From contig OZ242214.1 of NCBI GenBank assembly GCA_965206595.1, positions 1,088,001 to 1,152,000 on the forward strand: a stretch of DNA of 64,000 nt. The letters are read 5' to 3'. Of the stretch, positions 19,435-28,622 are shown piece by piece (position 1 is the stretch's first letter; every line of letters begins with the position of its first letter). This DNA is from Candidatus Latescibacterota bacterium (GTDB lineage Bacteria; Latescibacterota; UBA2968; UBA8231). The notes beneath the pieces are model-generated. The model did not search any database. It saw nothing but the letters and a program-made list of their open reading frames with translations, and had not been told where the DNA came from. Made by a program: the position numbers and the translations under genes.

Positions 19435-20376
19435 TCAGTCCCCGAGATTCTCGCGAACCCGGCCGAAAATCCCGCGGATTCGCGCCATCGCTTCGGCGCT
19501 GAGCGGGGGGCCGTTGACGGCGGCTGCGTTTGCCTCGAGATGGCGGATGTTCGCGGTCCCGGTGAGAACGGTCGACACCGCCGGATGCGAGGCAGCGAAC
19601 TTGTACCCCGCCGCCGGCAGGGACGGAACACCCCCTTCGAGGAGCCATCCGAGGGGATCCGACAGATCGACGGTACCGGCGTCGACAACCCCGCGTTCCA
19701 CCGCGTCCCGGATGCGCCGGCGCAGATGTTCGGGACGGCTGAGGCCGCGACGGACCGCCACCATGTCAACAACCCCGACCTGCCGCTTCAGGCAGCGGTC
19801 GAAGACGAGCTCCTCTGCCGAGGGGCTGAGAATGCCGTAGGCGATCATCATCGCGTCGATGGCCTCGATGTCGAGAGCCCGCCCGACGACTTCGTGGTTG
19901 TGGTCCCTGCTGTAGTTCTCGGAAAGTCCGAGGAATCGGCACTTGCCCTGCTCGACCAGGCGGATGGCGGTGGGCAGCTGGGTTTCCATGACCTCGTCAT
20001 ACAGCTCCGGGATCACGCCGTGGAACTGCACCAGATCGATAACGTCGACGCCGAGCCGCTCGAGACTCCCCTCCACCGACGCAACCACTTCATCGCCCGA
20101 CGGCACGCGTCCGTCGATCGCCGAGGGAAACTTCGTCGCGATCAGGTACTGGTCCCTGGTTACGCCGGAGAGCATCCTGCCGAGGAGGGACTCGCTGTCG
20201 CCGTATTGCGACGACGAGTCGATGAAGTTGACCCCGAGCTCCAGCGCCCGGCGCAGCATCCGGCCTGCCGCGGTTTCGTCGACGCCGGAGGTTTGGCCGA
20301 ACAGGCTGGGGCCACCGGTCCCAAGGCTGAGAAGCGAAACCCGCAACCCGGTGCGACCCAAAGGACGATAGCGCAT
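19435..20376 (-). CDS. Aldo/keto reductase
   Basis: LGRTGLRVS, IDSSSQYG, IATK, SLERLGVDVIDLVQFH. Confidence 0.92.
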   Translation of the reverse strand: MRYRPLGRTGLRVSLLSLGTGGPSLFGQTSGVDETAAGRMLRRALELGVNFIDSSSQYGDSESLLGRMLSGVTRDQYLIATKFPSAIDGRVPSGDEVVASVEGSLERLGVDVIDLVQFHGVIPELYDEVMETQLPTAIRLVEQGKCRFLGLSENYSRDHNHEVVGRALDIEAIDAMMIAYGILSPSAEELVFDRCLKRQVGVVDMVAVRRGLSRPEHLRRRIRDAVERGVVDAGTVDLSDPLGWLLEGGVPSLPAAGYKFAASHPAVSTVLTGTANIRHLEANAAAVNGPPLSAEAMARIRGIFGRVRENLGD

Positions 20377-20382
20377 GGCGGT

Positions 20383-21336
20383 TCAACTTTCACCGATATC
20401 GAGGAGTATCTTCAGGATCCCGGGCCGGGTCGCCCGCTCGAAAGCTTCCAACCCGTCGTCGATGGCGAAGCGGTCGCTGACCAGCGGGGCGACATCGATG
20501 GCTCCCGAGGTCAGCAGGTCGACTGCGGGGGCAAAGGGTCCGCAGCGCGAACCGATGATCGTCAGCTCGTCCACGACCAGCGGAGCGGCGTCGAGGTGCA
20601 GGCGGCCGGCGTAGGTGCTTTTCATAACCAGGGTCCCCCGTGGTCTGAGGGCGAAGCGGGCGAGCTCGAAACCTCCCGGAGAGCCGGTGCACTCCACGGA
20701 GAGGTCGAAGCTGCCCTCCTCCACCTCCTGGGAGGCTACCGTGGCGATGCCGCGCCTGCGCAGCAGCTCGAGCTTGTTTTCATGGCCGCCCGCGACGGAA
20801 AGCCGGCAACCGGTCAGGGCCAGTGTCTGGCCGATAAGCTGCCCGAGCTTGCCGTCTCCCACTACCAGCACCCGGTCATCCTCGCCGACCCGGACTTGCT
20901 CCTGAATCTGCAGGGCAGCTGCAAGGGGCTCGGTGAACACCGCCTCCGAGGAGCCGAGGCTTTGCGGGACGACGTGCAGGTTCCGCGAGGGAAGAACGAG
21001 GTGTTCGGCGAAGGCGCCGTCGCGGGCGGCGATTCCGAGAACGGTGCGATTGCCGCAGTGGGCGGGCACTCCCGACCTGCAGCGGCAGCAGGATCCGCAG
21101 GCGGCGTTTATTTCTCCGACCACCCGTTTGCCGGTGAGAGGGCCCGACTCGACGATGCCGACGAACTCGTGGCCTAGTATACCGCGGAAAGGGTAGTAAC
21201 CCCTGGTCAGCTCGATGTCGGTGTTGCAGATGCAGGCGACGAGAACTCTGACCAGGCACTCGTCGGCTGCGGGCTCCGGTCTCGGCAGGTCGAAGCGGAG
21301 GGTGAGCTTTCGCTCCTCGAGCCACAACCCTTTCAC
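20383..21336 (-). CDS. Zn-dependent alcohol dehydrogenase (MDR family)
   Basis: ICNTD, LGHEFVG, structural-Zn Cys cluster, GDGKLG; GTG start. Confidence 0.92.
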   Translation of the reverse strand: MKGLWLEERKLTLRFDLPRPEPAADECLVRVLVACICNTDIELTRGYYPFRGILGHEFVGIVESGPLTGKRVVGEINAACGSCCRCRSGVPAHCGNRTVLGIAARDGAFAEHLVLPSRNLHVVPQSLGSSEAVFTEPLAAALQIQEQVRVGEDDRVLVVGDGKLGQLIGQTLALTGCRLSVAGGHENKLELLRRRGIATVASQEVEEGSFDLSVECTGSPGGFELARFALRPRGTLVMKSTYAGRLHLDAAPLVVDELTIIGSRCGPFAPAVDLLTSGAIDVAPLVSDRFAIDDGLEAFERATRPGILKILLDIGES

Positions 21337-21374
21337 GGTTCTTTTAGGCTGTGTGAGTCGGTCAGATGCGAGGG

Positions 21375-21950
21375 TCAGTAAATGAAGACCGGGGTCCCCA
21401 GGTCGACGTTTTCGAACAGGTAGGCCAGATCCGGCGCGCCAACCCGCACACAGCCGTGGGTGATGCTCCTGCCGAGGTTCGTTTCGTAGAGCGTGCCGTG
21501 GATCATGTAGTCCTTGGCGAAATAGAGGGCGTATTCTCCCAGAACCCCCCGTTGAAAGCGGCGCCGGTCCTCGGCGAAGATCGGCACCGCCTCCTCCGAT
21601 TCGAGAAATGCCCACTCCGGCTTGATCCAGATCGGGTCGCGCTCCTTCCGCAAGATGGAAAAGCGTCCCATGGGAGTGGCGAAATTCCACCTGTGTTTCG
21701 CCTTGGTCCCTTCGAACCTGCGAGCGGCACCCGTGGCGCAGACGGCCTGGCGCAGGATCTCGTGCCCCCGGGCGCGCAGCAGCAGGCGGTTGTCGTGAGT
21801 ATCGACGACGAGGTAGGGTGCATTCGGTTCCCGCTCGGAGAGCTGGTTGAGGAGAATGGCCTGCCTCCTTCTCAGATCCTCCAGACTATCAGATGCCCCC
21901 GGATACGGAAGGGAGCAGAGAGCTATCGCGGTCACCACTAGTAGGCGCAT
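21375..21950 (-). CDS. L,D-transpeptidase (YkuD family)
   Basis: Signal peptide; IHGT...THGCVR catalytic motif. Confidence 0.92.
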   Translation of the reverse strand: MRLLVVTAIALCSLPYPGASDSLEDLRRRQAILLNQLSEREPNAPYLVVDTHDNRLLLRARGHEILRQAVCATGAARRFEGTKAKHRWNFATPMGRFSILRKERDPIWIKPEWAFLESEEAVPIFAEDRRRFQRGVLGEYALYFAKDYMIHGTLYETNLGRSITHGCVRVGAPDLAYLFENVDLGTPVFIY

Positions 21951-21967
21951 GGGCAACAGGAACAAAG

Positions 21968-21999
21968 AAGGGCCGGGGAGGAATTCCTCCCCGGCCCTT
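21968..21999 (-). terminator. Intrinsic terminator or attenuator downstream of the lipoprotein gene
   Basis: Perfect 32-bp palindrome AAGGGCCGGGGAGGAATTCCTCCCCGGCCCTT followed on the minus strand by CTTTGTT. Confidence 0.75.
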
Positions 22000-22020
22000 G
22001 GGCGCATCGTGAAACTTTTT

Positions 22021-22653
22021 CTACATCTTGAGATACCAGGGCGTGTTCTTCTCGACGAGCTCATGGTATCTGGCGACCGCCTGCTCAACTCCGCTGGCGA
22101 CGGCTTCCGCTGTGCTCATGGCGCTGTTCGCCTTGGCAGTAGCCTCCTCGAACTCTTCGCTGTCGACCGCGGCGCGGGCGGCAGCGAGGTCGGAGTCGGC
22201 ACCCCCGAGGTCGGTTTTCAGCTGTTCGATGTCCACTTCGGTTCCCTTGCCGGCGGGAGCGGCTTCGAGGCTTCCCCTCGTTTGCTCGACTGCGGCAGCA
22301 GCCTCGGCGATAGCCGCTTCCGCGGCGCTCATGGCTGCGTTCTTGGCCTCGGTTGCGGAGGCTGCCGCGGCGTTCGCCTGGCCGGTGGCGTCGGCGAGTC
22401 CGGGCTTGACCACCTCGTCCCAGTTCTTGAACCACTTCTCGGCTTCGACATCGTAGGCGCTCTTGGCGTCGTCGAAGGCACGTTGCGCCGAGGCCAGCTC
22501 ATTATCGGCGTACTTCTCAGCCCCCGCATCCCTGGCGGCCTGCAGGGCTTGACTGGCAGCGTCGAGATCTGCCTTGGGAGGATCGCCGCCGCATCCCAGT
22601 GTCAGTCCGACGGCCAGAAGCACTGCAAGCAACGAAAATACCCGCGTTTTCAT
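22021..22653 (-). CDS. Ala-rich coiled-coil lipoprotein (DUF4398-like)
   Basis: Lipobox LGC, GAEKYA motif, helical Ala/Glu repeats, GGAGGA RBS. Confidence 0.85.
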   Translation of the reverse strand: MKTRVFSLLAVLLAVGLTLGCGGDPPKADLDAASQALQAARDAGAEKYADNELASAQRAFDDAKSAYDVEAEKWFKNWDEVVKPGLADATGQANAAAASATEAKNAAMSAAEAAIAEAAAAVEQTRGSLEAAPAGKGTEVDIEQLKTDLGGADSDLAAARAAVDSEEFEEATAKANSAMSTAEAVASGVEQAVARYHELVEKNTPWYLKM

Positions 22654-22721
22654 ATCCTCCTCCGAACCTGCTTGACAGGTCCGCTCGGCAGACCTGAAAG
22701 TGGCGTAAATAGAATAAAAAC

Positions 22722-22750
22722 AAACTAAAATTTGACATTGCGGTTGTCAA
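22722..22750 (-). promoter_or_regulatory. Putative promoter of the lipoprotein gene with a TTGACA-N7-TGTCAA inverted repeat
   Basis: TTGACA-N17-TAGTTT on the minus strand; palindrome at 22732-22750. Confidence 0.55.
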
Positions 22751-22811
22751 GCAGAAACCTGCCAACCGCTACCGGTTCCCCGAGGGGTTCGCTTCTCCGG
22801 GAGGAGGTCGA

Positions 22812-23024
22812 TCACAGCTGGTTTTCGGCCTCCTCGGGCTCCCCGAAATCGTCGTCTTCGGATGAATCGTCTTCGTAAATCCAGCCGCACTCCCGGCACA
22901 GCGGGTGATCCTCCTCCCTGGGACTGAAGCACTGAGGGCATCGCTGCCGGCGTTTGCCGAAGAAGCGGATGGCGATAACCGCCAGGAGCAGGCAGGCGAA
23001 CAGCAGGTAAAGCGTTGTCGTCAC
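22812..23024 (-). CDS. Small membrane protein with a zinc ribbon and acidic tail
   Basis: TM helix + CPQC-x10-CREC + Asp/Glu-rich C-terminus; GTG start. Confidence 0.65.
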   Translation of the reverse strand: MTTTLYLLFACLLLAVIAIRFFGKRRQRCPQCFSPREEDHPLCRECGWIYEDDSSEDDDFGEPEEAENQL

Positions 23025-23079
23025 GGCAGGTCGGGTCTTTCCCGGTCCCCGATTGCTCGAACCAAGTGAGCTGCAGGGC

Positions 23080-23928
23080 TCATGGTTCAGGACGGGATTT
23101 GCTCAGTTTTCTCAGCCGCCGCCGGCGTCCCCAACGGGTCGGCTTGATGCGCTGTCGTCGCCCTAGCGGCGCCTGAATGAGACCGGCTGCTTCGAGGTTG
23201 TCGAGAATGCCGTTGAGCTTTTCCGGGTGGTTGGTGATAATCCCCTGCACTCCCATCTGAACCATGTCGCGCATCACGAACTCCTCGTCCACCGTCCAGG
23301 CCCAGACGGAAACCGCACGTTTGCGCATTTCCTCGAAGAAAGGGGGGGTGAGGGTGGCGTGCCATATCGCCAGGGCGTTGGCGCCCACCTCCAGCACCTG
23401 CTTAATCAGCCTTCGCGCCCTGACCCTGGAGGGAACGGCCGGGAGCTTCCCGATCAGGAGGGCGGTCGGAATGCCGGCATCGAGGAGCTTGACGCGGCGG
23501 ATCGTCTCCGGGTTGAAGGACTGGATGACGACCTGGTCCGTCGCCTCCATGTCGTCGACGATCTGCAGCACCTTCTCGGCGAGGAATTCCCCTTTGATTT
23601 CGACGAGAAGGAGAGCGCGGTGGCGGGTCGTCTCGATCGCCTCTTCGAGCAGGGGGATCTGCGCACCCTTGAACTCCCTGCCGAACCAGGTTCCGGCGTC
23701 CGCGTTGCGGATCTGATCGAGCGTCTGCTGTCGAACCAAGCCGCGGCGGTCGGTGGTTCGGTCGAGGGTCGCGTCGTGGATGACTACCACGCGGCCATCG
23801 CTCGTCCCGTGAACGTCGATCTCGATCGCGTCCACTCCGATCCGGATGGCGCGCTCGAAGGCCGCCACCGTGTTTTCCGGTGCCGAGCCGGAAGCGCCGC
23901 GGTGGGCGATGCGCACCGGGTGAATCAT
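23080..23928 (-). CDS. Glycerophosphodiester phosphodiesterase
   Basis: IAHRGAS, PENT, EIDVH, HDATLDRTT, VEIK, AWTVD. Confidence 0.93.
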   Translation of the reverse strand: MIHPVRIAHRGASGSAPENTVAAFERAIRIGVDAIEIDVHGTSDGRVVVIHDATLDRTTDRRGLVRQQTLDQIRNADAGTWFGREFKGAQIPLLEEAIETTRHRALLLVEIKGEFLAEKVLQIVDDMEATDQVVIQSFNPETIRRVKLLDAGIPTALLIGKLPAVPSRVRARRLIKQVLEVGANALAIWHATLTPPFFEEMRKRAVSVWAWTVDEEFVMRDMVQMGVQGIITNHPEKLNGILDNLEAAGLIQAPLGRRQRIKPTRWGRRRRLRKLSKSRPEP

Positions 23929-24061
23929 GTCCGTCGCTCCGCTCTGGGAATCGGTGTCCGAAACGCGGGAAAGTATATGGCGGGGGAGGATGGCCGGCTA
24001 ACCGGCGGGGGCAGGCAGCACGATGGGAACGCGTGCGAAAACATGGCCGGCCAGGGGCCGG

Positions 24062-25270
24062 CTAAGCACCGTACTTGCGCAGTCTCGCGGCGTGAGCGAG
24101 GAGAAGGGCCATCAGGCTGGAACTCGGTATGCTCCCGATGCTGCCGTTGCGGCATCCCCTCTCGGAGAAGGCCGCCCCTTCGTGAGGCTGGGCCCAGCGA
24201 CTGGCGATGGCGACCGGAACCGGATGCCAGCTATGGCTTTTCACCAGCGACGGGGTGGAGTGATCCCCAGTGATGGCGAAGACTTCCGGTTCGAGTTCCT
24301 GAATGCGCGATACCGAGGTATCCATCTCTTCGAGGAGGCGGACCTTTTCACCGAAATCGCCGTCCTCTCCGGCGCTGTCCGTCTTCTTGAAGTGGATGAA
24401 GAAAAAGTCGTGACGGTCCCAATGCCGGCGCAGCAGCTCGCACGACGAGGAGAGGTCGCCGCCGCCTGGGATTGCGGACATGCCGACCGCCTGCGCCACC
24501 CCCCGGTACATCGGGTAGGCGGCGACCGCCAGACCCCGGAGTCCGTACACCTCCCCGAACCGCGGCATCTCGGGAATAGTGCCGAATCCCCTTATCAGGA
24601 CCATGTTGGCGGGCGATTGATCCCGCAGCCGCTTTTCGGCCTGGGAGAGAAAGCTCGTCACCGCGGCCTCCGCCCTTGATGCCGCCCCGTCGATGGCCGA
24701 AACCGCCCTGGGGGCGACACCAGTCTGCTGGGGGTCCGATTCAGTCAGGCGGGCGGAAAGACCCTCTCCTCGAAACACGATTGCGGCCCGGTACTCCATC
24801 TCGGGAACCAGTGAGATCTCCGTGCCGGGAAGGTCGATATCGGCCAGGAGCGCGCACAGGTGCCGGCACTGGTCCGTCGAGATGCGGCCGGCGCGCCGGT
24901 CGGTCACCCTGCCGTCGGCATCCACGCTGCAGAAATTGAGCCGCGCCGCCAAGTCTCCGGGGCGAAAGTCCATCCCCGTTCCCAGTGCCGACAGAGCCCC
25001 GCGCCCGATCTGCCAGCGCCACGGATCGTAGCCGAACAGGGCCAAGTGGGCAGGACCGCTTCCCGGTGTGAATCCCGGCCCCAGGGGCGTCAGCGAGCCG
25101 CACGATCCGCTGCGGGCGATGCGGTCGAGGTTCGGGAGCATCGCGCTGTCCAGCTCCGACCTGCCGGTGTCCGGATCGGGAAGACCACCGAGTCCGTCGA
25201 TCACGAGCAGGACAATCTTGCTGTCGCTTTCAGGGACCAGCAGTCGCCGGGTGAAGTCCGAGCTGATCAT
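24062..25270 (-). CDS. apgM: 2,3-bisphosphoglycerate-independent phosphoglycerate mutase (ApgM type)
   Basis: DGLGG, PGSGPAHLALFGYDP, KKTDSAGEDG, TGDHSTP. Confidence 0.92.
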   Translation of the reverse strand: MISSDFTRRLLVPESDSKIVLLVIDGLGGLPDPDTGRSELDSAMLPNLDRIARSGSCGSLTPLGPGFTPGSGPAHLALFGYDPWRWQIGRGALSALGTGMDFRPGDLAARLNFCSVDADGRVTDRRAGRISTDQCRHLCALLADIDLPGTEISLVPEMEYRAAIVFRGEGLSARLTESDPQQTGVAPRAVSAIDGAASRAEAAVTSFLSQAEKRLRDQSPANMVLIRGFGTIPEMPRFGEVYGLRGLAVAAYPMYRGVAQAVGMSAIPGGGDLSSSCELLRRHWDRHDFFFIHFKKTDSAGEDGDFGEKVRLLEEMDTSVSRIQELEPEVFAITGDHSTPSLVKSHSWHPVPVAIASRWAQPHEGAAFSERGCRNGSIGSIPSSSLMALLLAHAARLRKYGA

Positions 25271-25285
25271 GGATGGAGGCCGTTT

Positions 25286-27079
25286 TCAGAACGCCAAGTC
25301 TCCCCTCACCGGCTCTCCCGAAGTGCTGACGACGTCAACGTCGATTTCCCGGTTGCCGTCCGCAGAGGTTTCAGGAACCGGCTCGGAGGAAACGGAAACA
25401 GAGCGGCGAGTGTGGTACATGTCGCGAACCATCAGCTGTACTCCGTTGCCTGCCCCTTCGTACATGTCCGGTTTCAGCTCGAAGGCAACCGCCACGTGGT
25501 CTCCCTGGGCGAGTTCGTCCGCCGCGACCCCGTTCCTCCACCACACCGCCGACGTCCGCCGGCCGTCGAGGTTGAGGACGACGCGAAGGTGCTCCCCTCC
25601 CTGTCCCATGCGGGCACGGTCGACTACCTGGAGATCCCGGGCGGCGAACACCGGTGATTCGTTGCCGCTTCCGAACGGCTCCATCTGCGCAAGGGTCTCC
25701 AGCGTCGGTCCGCCGATATCGGACGGGTCGAGGAGAAGATCGATCAGAAGCTTTGGCGCCATGTCCGCCTCGGTCAGCCGCTCGTTGGCATGCCTGATGA
25801 GGTCGGCCCGGAAGGCCTCGAAGTTCTCTCCTTGCAGCGAGAACCCGGCCGCCGCAGGGTGACCTCCGTACGTAGTGAGGTGTTTCGCGCAGGAACTGAT
25901 ACCGCCATTGATGTCGTAGGCCTCAATGCTGCGCGCCGATCCGACGTAGACCCCGTCGCGGCGCGCGTCGGTGACGATGACCGCGGGGCGGTTGTATTTC
26001 TCGACCACCGCACCCGCGATCAACCCGATGATCCCGGGGTTCCAGTCCTCGCCGAGGAGGACGAGGAGGCGGTCCATCTCGAGGTCGTCTTCGGACACCA
26101 GGCTCTGCGCCTCGCGCGTGCCTTCGCGCTGCAGTTCGCGGCGGCGGCTGTTGAGCTCTTCGAGCTCCCCTGCCAGGGTTTTTGCGGTGTCTTCGTCCCT
26201 GGCCCGCAGGAGCCGCAGGGAGAGATCGGGCGAGGCCAGACGACCGGAGGAGTTGAGCCGGGGTCCCAGATAGAAACCGACAGAGGTCGTGTCGACCGGT
26301 CCGTTGTCGCAGCGGGCAGCCGCCTTCAGCTGTTTTATCCCGGGCCAGGAGGACTCCTGCATGGCCCGCAGCCCCCGCCGGATCATGACGCGGTTCTCGT
26401 CGAGAACGGGGGCGACGTCGGCGACCGAGCCGAGGGCGACGAACTCGAGCAGCTGGTTGAGATAGCGCCGGCGCTTCTCCGGTGTCATGAAAGTGGTGCA
26501 GAGAGCCTGCACGACCTTGAAGGTGACCCCGACCCCGGCGAGACCCTTGAACGGATAGTCGCAGTCACGGCGATTGGGATTGACGATGCTGTGGGCCGGC
26601 GGCAGCTCCTCGTTCTGGCGGTGGTGATCGAGGACGATGACGTCGAGATCATGTGAGTGCGCGAGTTGCAGGGCCTCGAAGGCGGAGATGCCGTTGTCGA
26701 CGGTGATGATCAGCCCGGCTTCGCGCTCCAGGGCGGCCGCGACGGCACGCGGGCTGATCCCGTATCCGTCGCGGTGCCGGTTGGGAAGCATGTAGTCGCA
26801 TTCGGCCCCGACCGATTCTAGGAAATCGAGGAGCAGGGCGGTGCTCGTGATGCCGTCGGCGTCGTAGTCGCCGAAAACGAGGATCAGCTCCTTGTCGTGG
26901 ACTGCCCGGGAGATCCGTTCGACTGCACGGGTCATGTCTTTCAGAAGCTCGGGGGCGTGCAGGGCCTCGGCTCCCACCGCGAGATCGCTCCCCTCGAGGC
27001 CGCGGCACTGCAGAAGGGCTTCGCGGACCGAGGAATAGGGAGGTTCGCGCTGGATGTTCCAGATTGGGTATTGGCGCAT
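25286..27079 (-). CDS. recJ: ssDNA-specific exonuclease RecJ
   Basis: GDYDADG, TVDNG, LDHH, GSARS, GGHPAAAG, EPFG. Confidence 0.95.
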   Translation of the reverse strand: MRQYPIWNIQREPPYSSVREALLQCRGLEGSDLAVGAEALHAPELLKDMTRAVERISRAVHDKELILVFGDYDADGITSTALLLDFLESVGAECDYMLPNRHRDGYGISPRAVAAALEREAGLIITVDNGISAFEALQLAHSHDLDVIVLDHHRQNEELPPAHSIVNPNRRDCDYPFKGLAGVGVTFKVVQALCTTFMTPEKRRRYLNQLLEFVALGSVADVAPVLDENRVMIRRGLRAMQESSWPGIKQLKAAARCDNGPVDTTSVGFYLGPRLNSSGRLASPDLSLRLLRARDEDTAKTLAGELEELNSRRRELQREGTREAQSLVSEDDLEMDRLLVLLGEDWNPGIIGLIAGAVVEKYNRPAVIVTDARRDGVYVGSARSIEAYDINGGISSCAKHLTTYGGHPAAAGFSLQGENFEAFRADLIRHANERLTEADMAPKLLIDLLLDPSDIGGPTLETLAQMEPFGSGNESPVFAARDLQVVDRARMGQGGEHLRVVLNLDGRRTSAVWWRNGVAADELAQGDHVAVAFELKPDMYEGAGNGVQLMVRDMYHTRRSVSVSSEPVPETSADGNREIDVDVVSTSGEPVRGDLAF

Positions 27080-27129
27080 TTTGGGTACCGGTGATTCGAG
27101 GGAGAGGGCGTTTGCAGGGGGAGGGCGGC

Positions 27130-27157
27130 AATATACCTTGGAGGAGTGCCGGGTCAA
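27130..27157 (-). promoter_or_regulatory. Putative recJ promoter
   Basis: TTGACC-N16-TATATT. Confidence 0.5.
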
Positions 27158-27248
27158 GTGTAGATTCGAACCGGATTCTCGAGTTGCTCCCTTCGAACCG
27201 CTCCCCGCATCGCCGTCAACCACCTCTCCATTTTCCTGTTCGCACTTC

Positions 27249-28622
27249 GTGAAGCACCGGTCCGACGTCACCCGGTCCGTTGACGGGGCGCGCTCCGCGG
27301 CGCTGGAGGTCCTGTGCGCCTTCGACGCCGGGAAAGGAGCCTTGGAACAGATCTTCCAAGGCGAGGCTGCAAACCTCGACAGCCGCGACCGCCGCTTTGC
27401 CAGACAGCTGGTCAACGGGGTAGTCAAATGGCGGGCGCGGCTGGACTGGAGCGCGAACCAGTTCACAAGGCAGCCTGTCGAGAAGCTCCCCAGGGATGTT
27501 CGCAACCTCCTCAGGCTGGGGCTCTTCCAGTTGCTGTGGCTCGACCGCGTGCCGGCCAGAGCGGCGGTGCACACTGCCGTCACGCTCGCAAAAAGACGCC
27601 GCAGGGGAAACCTTGCGGGGCTGGTCAACGCCGTGCTGCGCAGGGCCTCGATCGAGGCGTCGTCGCTGCCGCTTCCCGACCGGGCCGGGGATCCGGTAGG
27701 GTACCTGGCCCTCGCTCATTCCCATCCCCCCTGGCTGGTGGAGCGCTGGCTGCAGCGATGGGGCGACTGCGAAACCGAAGCGCTGCTCGAGGCCAACAAC
27801 CGTCCGCCGCCGCTGTTCGCGAGGATCGACGCGCGCCGCGCCGGCGACCTCGCGGCACAGCTCCCGCAAGGCGCCTTCCATCCCGACCCGGTGCCGGATT
27901 TCGAAGGCTGCTTCCGGATCCGGGAAGCCGAGGGTCTGTTCGATTCCCCCGCCTTTCGCGCCGGGCTGTTCTGGATACAGGACGTGAACGCCGGTATCGC
28001 CGCTTCCCTCCTCGACCCGAAGCCGGGGGAAAGGGTGCTCGATGCCTGCAGCGCTCCCGGTGGAAAGACGGTGCAAATCGCCCTGGCGATGGGAGGCCGG
28101 GGATTGTTGGTCGCCGCGGACTCGGTGCCCTCCAGGCTTCGGTTCGTCGCTGAAACCTGCCGGCGCATGAGGCTCGAGTCGGTTGCTATCGTCGCCCAGG
28201 ATGCGGCGAAGCCATCCTTTGTCCCGGGCACCTTGGGGCCTGGCGGTTTCGACCGCGTGCTTCTCGATGTGCCCTGCAGCAGCACCGGGGTCCTGGCGCG
28301 CCTTCCAGAAGCGCGCTGGCGCCGCCGCTCCGGCGACCTGAAGGGATACGCCGCCCGCCAGCTCGACATTCTCAGAGCGGGGTACGAAGTTCTGAAGTCC
28401 GGCGGCGTTCTCGTCTACAGCACCTGCTCGCTCGAGCCGGAAGAAAACGACCAGGTGGTCGCCGCCTTCCTGGAGCAGACCCCGAATGCGGCACTCGAAC
28501 CGGCGCATCGGTTTTTTCGCGCCCCCTGGGCCGCGGCATATGTCCAGACCGTTCCCGGTCGCGAAGTCGGCGATGGCGCCTTCGCCGCCCGCATCAGGAA
28601 GAAACCGGTCCCGATCAGATGA
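27249..28622 (+). CDS. rsmB: 16S rRNA m5C967 methyltransferase RsmB
   Basis: NusB-like N-terminus (VNAVLR), SHPPWL, DACSAPGGKT, DVPCS, YSTCS. Confidence 0.93.
   Translation: MKHRSDVTRSVDGARSAALEVLCAFDAGKGALEQIFQGEAANLDSRDRRFARQLVNGVVKWRARLDWSANQFTRQPVEKLPRDVRNLLRLGLFQLLWLDRVPARAAVHTAVTLAKRRRRGNLAGLVNAVLRRASIEASSLPLPDRAGDPVGYLALAHSHPPWLVERWLQRWGDCETEALLEANNRPPPLFARIDARRAGDLAAQLPQGAFHPDPVPDFEGCFRIREAEGLFDSPAFRAGLFWIQDVNAGIAASLLDPKPGERVLDACSAPGGKTVQIALAMGGRGLLVAADSVPSRLRFVAETCRRMRLESVAIVAQDAAKPSFVPGTLGPGGFDRVLLDVPCSSTGVLARLPEARWRRRSGDLKGYAARQLDILRAGYEVLKSGGVLVYSTCSLEPEENDQVVAAFLEQTPNAALEPAHRFFRAPWAAAYVQTVPGREVGDGAFAARIRKKPVPIR

Noticed and set aside
27160-27205. Two TTCGAACCG copies resembling tRNA T-loop sequence
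   Set aside because: No cloverleaf or acceptor stem could be built; the repeat is short and lies in a divergent promoter region
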